A stretch of DNA of 34,245 nt, taken from NCBI GenBank assembly GCA_035760825.1, contig DASTSF010000199.1, forward strand, positions 1-34,245, in the 5' to 3' direction. The stretch is from Bacteroidia bacterium (GTDB lineage: Bacteria; Bacteroidota; Bacteroidia; Palsa-965). The notes beneath the pieces are model-generated. The model did not search any database and was not told the origin of the DNA. It worked only from the letters and a program-made list of their open reading frames with translations. Positions 19,038 to 25,653 of this stretch are shown in pieces (the first letter of the stretch is position 1; every line of letters starts with the position of its first letter). A program made the position numbers and the translations under genes.

Positions 19038-20240
19038 GGATAAACGTAACGTAGTCGCCCGATTGCGTGGCGTTTGGGTTTCCGGGCGAAAAGGAGTGCC
19101 GGTAAGTGCAGTGTAAGAGCGGATGCACACGAAAGAGAAACGATCTTGAAGGAGTTGAGAAATGTATCCCGGAAAATAAAGTGCTTACTGTCGCCGGGTG
19201 ATACTATGTTTCTTTCTATAAATACTGTTTGAGTTTCGCGCCTCAGGTATATACGGTCCTCAATCCTCAACTGCATTTTTGGTCAAATTCATCACGGAGG
19301 AAATACCCATTACGAGCGCGGCGGCCCTCAGCCGGTTTTTTTGTGTGTTGAATTTCATTGCGCGGGAATTAGTTGTATGAATCGCCGGAATTCCTTTACA
19401 TGCATTGCCATCGCTGCCTGAAGCCTGTGCACCCGTTTCAGCTCTGCCGGTTCCCGGAATGTTTTTAACTGCGAAAGGTCCTTCTGCAGGAAAAAATTAC
19501 CTGCTGCCGGGAACCTCTTTTCCCGGCAAGAGTCCGAACCCTGCTTTCACCCGCATAAAAAGACTGCGTAATGGTTCCAGTATCTTTTTCGCCGCCGTCT
19601 GCAGAAATCGCTTCCGGTTTTTCCCCGGGGCGCCGCTGGTTTCCTTGTCCATTGCCAGCCGGTAAATGCCGTTTATGAATTGCCCGGAAGCAAGATAATC
19701 CGCTACGGACCGGTTCCTGTCCGAAATAACGGACTGCTTTTTCCCGGAGGGACCATTGACGGTTTTCACCTGAAGATTGTTCTCATAGAAATTCCTGTAC
19801 GGCCTGTAGGGCCGTATGTTCGGCGAGTAGGTTTGCATAACCGCTTTGTATGGTTTTATGCCGGCCGTGTAATTCATTGCCGGCATGCGCCCGTTATTTG
19901 CAGCTGCAAAGGTTTTTTGTTCATAATTTGCATCCGGAATTTTTTAAAAAATACAAAAATTCATCACTGCCTGTCATGAAATCGTAAAATATTCCGGTCC
20001 CTGCAAATCTTCCTGTTATTTATCATTATCATTACATCAATAACCGGGGTGTAATGACCTGATTCAATGATCCCTGATCACAGGTTGTGTTATCCGTCCG
20101 TAAAATTATCCGCCTGCATCGCATTTTTGAAAATATGTTTCCGGTAATCGATTATTGGTTTACTTTAGTAATATAATAATCGCATTATTTAAAGTATTAA
20201 ATAAAAAAACACTAATCAAACCCAACTTAAAAAAAGATTT

Positions 20241-20912
20241 ATGGCAGAAACTGCTTTAGTATCGATGGCCCAGCAATTCACCGGGCTGCCGATGGATGCG
20301 CTGATCGGCGCTCCTTTGAATGCCGCGGCGAACGCAAACGCCGCAATGGCGATCACACAGACAAAGTTCATGCTCGACACCTGCTTTTCACGCCAGGGTG
20401 ACGACAAAACCGGGTACAACTACACGCCGATCATGATCAAGATGTCGCTTACGCGCGGCGTGATCACACCTGGAGACCCCAACGCCAACCCGCCCACAAA
20501 GACGGATATCCAGAGCGTGACGACGACATTCGACCTCCCGCTGCTGACCATTATTCCGCTGAACTCGCTTGGCGTGGATAATGTCAATGTCACGTTCGAA
20601 ATGGAAGTTAAATCCAGCTTCGCCGAAGAACAATCCGAAGCGACGGAAAAAAACATCCAGGCCGAAACCAGCTTCGAGGTGAAAGTGGGCTGGGGCCCGG
20701 TTTCTGCCACGGTGAAAGGCAGCGCCAGCTACGACCAGAAAGATTCTTCGAATCACAGCACACACTACGAAAAAAGCAACTCGGCGAAATACACGGTACT
20801 CGTTCATGCCGGCCAGCTTCCACTGCCGAAAGGCGTGAACACCATCATCGAAGCCTATACAATGGCTATTCAGCCCGTCACGATGCCCGTTGTGACGCCG
20901 CCCAAATCCTGA
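20241..20912 (+). CDS. DUF2589-like protein, paralogue A (function unknown)
   Basis: 223 aa, ATG start, no signal peptide or TM segment. Motifs GLPMDALIGAPLNAAANANAAMA, TTTFDLPLLTIIPLNSLGVDNVNVTFEMEV, VKVGWGPVSATVKGSAS and AKYTVLVHAGQLPLPKGV match my memory of the Pfam DUF2589 family (not HMM-verified). The 3'-neighbour gene is clearly paralogous. Confidence 0.8.
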   Translation: MAETALVSMAQQFTGLPMDALIGAPLNAAANANAAMAITQTKFMLDTCFSRQGDDKTGYNYTPIMIKMSLTRGVITPGDPNANPPTKTDIQSVTTTFDLPLLTIIPLNSLGVDNVNVTFEMEVKSSFAEEQSEATEKNIQAETSFEVKVGWGPVSATVKGSASYDQKDSSNHSTHYEKSNSAKYTVLVHAGQLPLPKGVNTIIEAYTMAIQPVTMPVVTPPKS

Positions 20913-20928
20913 CCAGGCCGGTAAGGCA

Positions 20929-20965
20929 GCCGGCGCATAAACCCGCCGGTTGCTTTTATTTTGTG
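20929..20965 (+). terminator. Intra-operon terminator/attenuator candidate after paralogue A
   Basis: gccggcg (20929-20935) pairs with cgccggt (20944-20950): 7 bp including one G.U, with an 8-nt loop. It is followed by tgcttttattttgtg. Confidence 0.45.
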
Positions 20966-21020
20966 CCTGTTTCTGGAGCAGGTTTTTCCGAGGGCATCTA
21001 TCCTGTAACATTCATTGCCT

Positions 21021-21656
21021 ATGGCAAATTTTCAAACGAAAACGCTGGACCCTTCCGACTATTCGGGATCCGACATCGCGGCGATCATCGGGGCTCCACT
21101 CGTGGCGGCCGCACATGCAAATGCGATGATGGCCCGGGAGCAGATCAAGTTCCTGATGTCTTTCTGCTTTTCGAAAACCGGTGAAGTGTACGAGCCGGTG
21201 ATGATCCGCATGTCCATGACCAAAGGCGTGCTTACTCCTTCCGACGAAAAAGACAAACCTCCGTTCATCCAGCAGCTGACAACGACGTTTGAAATTCCCC
21301 TGCTTACGGTCATTCCCATCAACTCCCTTGCCGTGCAAAGCATGGAAGTTAATTTTGACCTCGAAGTGACTTCACATATCAACGTGCCCTCTTCGCGAAA
21401 TTCCCCCGGGAACCTGAAACCGGATCATAAATCCGTTCGCATGATGGGAAAGATCAGCAGCTCTCCCGGTGACGGACAGGGTACGGATAAAGACTATTAC
21501 GACAAAACGGGCGCATCGACATTGAAGGTGAACATCAAATCGGGACCGCTGCCGTTGCCTAAAGGGCTCGCTTCGGTGCTCGAGGTTTATTCCAAGAACA
21601 TTCATCCCGTAGAACTCAATCCTGGCGCCGATACTGCACAAACCGACAAAAAATAA
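21021..21656 (+). CDS. DUF2589-like protein, paralogue B (function unknown)
   Basis: The track ORF begins at TTG 21015; I prefer ATG 21021 (MANFQTK…). The protein aligns collinearly with paralogue A: IIGAPLVAAAHANAMMA, TTTFEIPLLTVIPINSLAVQSMEVNFDLEV, LKVNIKSGPLPLPKGL. There is no signal peptide or TM segment. Confidence 0.8.
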   Translation: MANFQTKTLDPSDYSGSDIAAIIGAPLVAAAHANAMMAREQIKFLMSFCFSKTGEVYEPVMIRMSMTKGVLTPSDEKDKPPFIQQLTTTFEIPLLTVIPINSLAVQSMEVNFDLEVTSHINVPSSRNSPGNLKPDHKSVRMMGKISSSPGDGQGTDKDYYDKTGASTLKVNIKSGPLPLPKGLASVLEVYSKNIHPVELNPGADTAQTDKK

Positions 21657-21713
21657 CATTCCCCGGTAATCTGCCGGCCGGAACAGCGTCTATTCATCCG
21701 ACAAAAAAACAAC

Positions 21714-21932
21714 ATGAGCGATCAACTCAGCATTCCCTGCCCCGACTGTAAAACACCCATCCCGTTCGACCCCCGGATGCTTATCCAGGGCGCGCAGTTC
21801 TCCTGTCCCAAATGCAAAGCATTTCTGGGCCTCGCATCAGAGAGCAAGGAAATTGTACGCGAGTCGCTGGATAAATTCGACAAGATGAAGAGCGAAGTGC
21901 TGAAAGCCAAAGGAGACACGACCGGGTTTTAA
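21714..21932 (+). CDS. Small zinc-ribbon protein (72 aa)
   Basis: CPDC…(17 aa)…CPKC forms a four-Cys ribbon, followed by a charged helical tail ESKEIVRESLDKFDKMKSEVLKAKG. ATG start. The ORF ends 11 nt before the next gene. Confidence 0.65.
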   Translation: MSDQLSIPCPDCKTPIPFDPRMLIQGAQFSCPKCKAFLGLASESKEIVRESLDKFDKMKSEVLKAKGDTTGF

Positions 21933-21943
21933 CTGCTATTGTT

Positions 21944-22450
21944 ATGATAAGTTTCAAAGCTTTTATCGAAGGTATCAACAGTGCGATCGTCGCTGCGAAT
22001 GACGACCTGATGAACAAGCACGAGGAGATTCTTGATACGTATTTCGAAAAAACAGGAGAGGACAAAACGGACGGACACGAAGGTCATTCCACGCTGCGGC
22101 CGAAATCCGTCTGCATTCAATATCCCAAAATGGAGGTTGACGGCTCCATTACCATGATCGACGTGGACGTTCCGCTCGTCACGCTCATTCCCATCGAGTT
22201 CACCAAGATCGACAAAGTCAAAATAACCGCACAGTTCGGATTGCAGGTAATAAATAATGACCTGCAGATCATTTTTTCCAATGAGGCGCCCAAAAAGAAA
22301 TGGAGCCTGTTCGGCGGATCAAAAACGGATGACAAAACGCCCTCGCCGGGACAGCTTGAAATAACGATCCGCCCTTCCGAAACGCCCGAAGGACTCAAAA
22401 AAATGATCGACGGGTACGATAAAGTGCTGCGCGCACAGATCCCGCACTGA
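21944..22450 (+). CDS. Divergent DUF2589-like protein, paralogue C (function unknown)
   Basis: 168 aa. It is collinear with A and B. FKAFIEGINSAIVAANDDLMNKHEEILDTYFEKTGEDK aligns with MDALIGAPLNAAANANAAMAITQTKFMLDTCFSRQGDDK. DVDVPLVTLIPIEFTKIDKVKITAQFGLQV aligns with TFDLPLLTIIPLNSLGVDNVNVTFEMEV. The C-terminal ETPEGLKKMIDGY aligns with LPLPKGVNTIIEAY. Confidence 0.75.
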   Translation: MISFKAFIEGINSAIVAANDDLMNKHEEILDTYFEKTGEDKTDGHEGHSTLRPKSVCIQYPKMEVDGSITMIDVDVPLVTLIPIEFTKIDKVKITAQFGLQVINNDLQIIFSNEAPKKKWSLFGGSKTDDKTPSPGQLEITIRPSETPEGLKKMIDGYDKVLRAQIPH

Positions 22451-22492
22451 TCTTTTCCGCAACAGGTTTTTTTCTCATTAAACCGCAAAACG

Positions 22493-23017
22493 ATGCCTTC
22501 ATTATCCGGGTTCCCCGCCGCAAAACAGGAAGATCCCAATTCCTGCTGGGCCTGCGCTTCGCGCGAAATAAGCAACTATTACAAGTCGCTCGGAAAAGGC
22601 GGAAAAAACGAAATGTATTCTTCCGACAAGGAACTCGCCGCAGCGTGGTCGAAGATCACGGGTAAACCGGGCAACGCGGATATCAGCATCCAGCAATCGG
22701 CATCAGCCGCCCTCGGGGATCTCGGCTATACGAATTCCGCTGACAGCGCCCCGGTTCCAACGGTCGGTGAGATCACGGACGCGATCAACGACAAGAAACC
22801 CCTGCTTGCCATTGTCGGAAGCACCGATCCGAAAGGTAAACGCAAGCTCGGTTACCAGCAGGGTCATTGGGTCGTAATCACGGGCATTTCCGACAAAGGC
22901 GATCTCATCGAAGTCTTCGATCCCGACAGTGGAAAAATCGAAACCGTAGCCTACAGCAGCCAGGTCTACAAAAGCGGCATGTTCTGGCAAAACACCTCGT
23001 ACGTTGACGGCCAGTAA
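22493..23017 (+). CDS. Leaderless papain-fold (clan CA, C39-like/C70-like) cysteine peptidase
   Basis: 174 aa. Gln12-x5-Cys18 within KQEDPNSCWACASR (Cys codon 22544-22546), His125 within QQGHWVVITG (codon 22865-22867), then Asp143/Asp145 within VFDPDSG. This is the Q/C/H/D arrangement of small papain-like peptidases. No signal peptide. Confidence 0.75.
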   Translation: MPSLSGFPAAKQEDPNSCWACASREISNYYKSLGKGGKNEMYSSDKELAAAWSKITGKPGNADISIQQSASAALGDLGYTNSADSAPVPTVGEITDAINDKKPLLAIVGSTDPKGKRKLGYQQGHWVVITGISDKGDLIEVFDPDSGKIETVAYSSQVYKSGMFWQNTSYVDGQ

Positions 23018-23033
23018 ATGCCGGAAGATGATC

Positions 23034-24656
23034 TCACCACGCCACTTTCTGCGTGATCCGGTTTTCTTCATCACCGAACACGACCAGGAACATATCGTGT
23101 GAAGGAACGGCAAGCGGAATAACATTGTCGCCGTTTCCCGAAACGGTTTCGTATACGAGGCGCCCGGAAGAATCGAAAATGGAAATATGCATTTCACTGC
23201 TCCAGTTCGCAGAACGATAGTGGATCCCTGTTCCGTCATACCACGCGTTTGCATATACGCGGTCTGTTTCTGCCGTGACGGAAATGATCGCACTTACGAT
23301 TGACGCGCCGTTGAAATCGGTCCACCGCAGGCGGTAATAATTCTGCCCGGGAAGCGGCGTCACATCGGTGAACTCATATTCAACCGGCTGGCTCGTGGTT
23401 CCGCTTCCGTTCACCGTCCCGATCGCTGTGAAATTTCCGTCGGCGCCTGCACGTTCCACCGTGAAGAACGAATTGTTGTTCTCCGATTCTGTTGTCCAGC
23501 TGAGCACAACGCTTCCTCCCTGCACCTCGCCGGAAAATACGGACAGCTCGATGGGAAGCACCGTGAACGTGGTGCAGCCGGTATTGATATACGTTGCGCT
23601 GTGCCCGGCCGAACCGAAATACGCCATTTCCCCGTTGTTGTTCGGGATCGCTCCGCGATTGTAATAATTCGTATCGACGCAGCCGGTGGCGTTGTTGCGC
23701 AACATGGCATCGCGCGGGCACGCCTGGCCCGTGCAGGCCCCGTTGTTCCCGAATCGTCCGTTGTTATCGCTCGTGTTGTTTGCAAAAACGGCGTAGTACG
23801 TCAATCCGGTGCTGCACAGGTTACTGAAGTTGTACGTATAGGTCGGCGGCGCTCCCGCAAACACAATGAAGTTTCCACCGGCAGGGATCACATTTCCCGG
23901 CGGCGCCATGAAAAGAGTTCCACAACCGGCCATGGTATTCAGGCTGGCTATGTATGTGTTCGTCGCAGCATTGTTCACGAAAAAATTATCGCAGGGATTT
24001 CCGGTCGTTCCGCAATACGTGCATCCTCCGTTCGAGCCTACATCGGAAAATGTGATCTCGAGATCGGAAAGGTTCATCGCAGGTCCTCCGTTGGCGCAGG
24101 AAACAAATTCGTCGTAACCTTCATCCGATCCGCATGCATCGGCCATGATGCCCGTGATAGAAAGCTGGCCCGAGCAAAATCCTGCTGCACGCACTTTGAC
24201 ATCGTCGAAAGCGCAGTTCGCCACCACTTTTGTATACGTGAAACGAAGACGGGTGACGTTCGATGCCAGCGGGAATACAAAAACTTTCGCTGTCGTCTGT
24301 GGATAAGCGCGGCCCACCGTCGTCCATGAAGAACCGTTCCAGCCTTCGATGAGAAAATTGTCGGTCGTGGGTGTAGATCCGTTCCCGCGCGTGAAGAATG
24401 TCACTTCATCCGCGCTTCCCGACCATGCGGGGCTCAGCGCAATTTCACCGCTTCCGTCGAATTTGACGGATGGGGATGACCGGCCATAATTCGCCGAAGA
24501 TGTATAGGTGGAAGAGATGGATGTGAATGTCCATCCGGCAGGAGCTGCAGGAGCCGCGTTAAACTCTTCATCGATTAGGAATGCCTGGGCGTTCGCTTTG
24601 ACACAGAAAATAGTCAGCGCGAGAAGCGCAAAGAAAAATATACGCGTGCCTTTCAT
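23034..24656 (-). CDS. Secreted lamin-tail-domain-like protein with T9SS C-terminal sorting domain
   Basis: The track ORF extends to 24737; I prefer ATG 24656, giving signal peptide MKGTRIFFFALLALTIFCVKANAQ. An LTD-like stretch is present (LSITGIMADACGSDEGYDEFVSCANGGPAMNLSDLEITF). The C-terminal tail MHISIFDSSGRLVYETV…MFLVVFGDEENRITQKVAW is typical of T9SS cargo. Confidence 0.7.
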   Translation of the reverse strand: MKGTRIFFFALLALTIFCVKANAQAFLIDEEFNAAPAAPAGWTFTSISSTYTSSANYGRSSPSVKFDGSGEIALSPAWSGSADEVTFFTRGNGSTPTTDNFLIEGWNGSSWTTVGRAYPQTTAKVFVFPLASNVTRLRFTYTKVVANCAFDDVKVRAAGFCSGQLSITGIMADACGSDEGYDEFVSCANGGPAMNLSDLEITFSDVGSNGGCTYCGTTGNPCDNFFVNNAATNTYIASLNTMAGCGTLFMAPPGNVIPAGGNFIVFAGAPPTYTYNFSNLCSTGLTYYAVFANNTSDNNGRFGNNGACTGQACPRDAMLRNNATGCVDTNYYNRGAIPNNNGEMAYFGSAGHSATYINTGCTTFTVLPIELSVFSGEVQGGSVVLSWTTESENNNSFFTVERAGADGNFTAIGTVNGSGTTSQPVEYEFTDVTPLPGQNYYRLRWTDFNGASIVSAIISVTAETDRVYANAWYDGTGIHYRSANWSSEMHISIFDSSGRLVYETVSGNGDNVIPLAVPSHDMFLVVFGDEENRITQKVAW

Positions 24657-25052
24657 GGCTGGGTCGGGAAAATGTATGAGGAATTTATCCGGCAGGTGGT
24701 TTCGGCTGATCCGGGAAAGCGGATGCTTCAAGGGCATTCACCTGTATTGAATTTCGCCAAAGGTATTCCGGGCCCCGAAACTTTCTGTTAGCGCTGTGTG
24801 ATAGTTGCGTGAACGGAAGAAAAAGAAGTTACGGTCCGTTTACATCGATGTGCTGACAGCCTTGTGCCGCTTCCGCATCGCGGTGAAAACGATACGGGGC
24901 GCCGGTGCTTAATGCGCAGGTCATGCGGGAGAGAATACCCGCCAGTTGCTTTCCGCCGCCGAACGACAGAATGCCCGGGTGGCAGGAACATAAAGCGCTG
25001 CATCACGAAACAAGCAGAACAGCGAAGAGAAAAAGGGCTTCACAAACAATAG

Positions 25053-25625
25053 CTACAAAAGGCGGATCACATTCCGGTCTATGGTTTCTGCGAAATGGGC
25101 ATGCTCCAGCTGCTGCACCCGCGCAGACAACGTCTCCGGTGTGTCGCCGGGAAGCACGGGACACGTAAACTGCGCGATGTGCTTTCCGTCGTCGAATTTT
25201 TCATTCACGAAATGAATAGTAACCCCGGTTACTTTTTCTCCTGAAGCGAGCACGGCTTCATGCACTTTTTTGCCGTACATCCCTTTGCCGCCGAATTTCG
25301 GGAGAAGCGCCGGGTGAATGTTGACGATCTTTCCGGGGAATGCAGAAATGACCGCGGGCGGTATCAGCCAGAGAAACCCGGCAAGGACAATAAGATCGAT
25401 GCCGCGCTCTTTCAGCTGCGGAACAATGGAATGTTCCGAAAAAAATTGTTCGCGGTCGGTAAGCAGCACTTCCACTCCGTGCTCCTTCGCGATGGAAATA
25501 ACGCCCGCCTGCGGGTTGTTGCATACGAGCAGCGTTACCTGTGCGTTGTGATGAGGTTCGAAATACTCAATGAGGTTCCGGGCATTGGTGCCCGTTCCTG
25601 AAGCGAAGACCGCAATTCTTTTCAC
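25053..25625 (-). CDS. purN: Phosphoribosylglycinamide formyltransferase
   Basis: KRIAVFASGTGTNARNLI, LIVLAGFLWLIP, IVNIHPALLPKFGGKGMYG and GVTIHFVNEKFDDG are classic PurN motifs. The track start (25640) is a TTG; GTG at 25625 (VKRIAVF) fits the family N-terminus better. Confidence 0.9.
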   Translation of the reverse strand: MKRIAVFASGTGTNARNLIEYFEPHHNAQVTLLVCNNPQAGVISIAKEHGVEVLLTDREQFFSEHSIVPQLKERGIDLIVLAGFLWLIPPAVISAFPGKIVNIHPALLPKFGGKGMYGKKVHEAVLASGEKVTGVTIHFVNEKFDDGKHIAQFTCPVLPGDTPETLSARVQQLEHAHFAETIDRNVIRLL

Positions 25626-25653
25626 GGCGCAAAAATACAAATAGGAACGGCGC

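Noticed and set aside
19100-19990. Expected an integrase or transposase remnant beside the tRNA att-like repeat
   Set aside because: Reading all frames, I found no tyrosine-recombinase (R…HxxR…Y) or DDE-type motif. Only the unclassifiable 129-aa ORF and its shifted continuation are there, so no mobile-element call is made.
20241-21656. The LPLLT(I/V)IP motif superficially recalls the LPFV.GV.ADLSG motif of T6SS sheath subunit TssB
   Set aside because: The resemblance covers only a few residues, and the rest of the proteins do not align with TssB as I remember it. No other T6SS or contractile-injection genes (TssC, Hcp, VgrG, baseplate) occur in the window.
20241-23017. Bacteriocin-style reading: a C39-like protease processing double-glycine leader peptides
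   Set aside because: The putative substrates are 170-220-aa proteins without short N-terminal leaders. The protease is not fused to or adjacent to an ABC exporter, and no immunity or modification genes are present.
24900-25000. ACTGGCGGG on the minus strand recalled the ZTP (pfl) riboswitch, which regulates purine and folate genes
   Set aside because: The motif lies downstream of purN rather than upstream, and I could not find the second conserved half (the CCGCCTGGGC-type pseudoknot partner) in the right order. The next gene is a T9SS cargo protein, not a purine gene.
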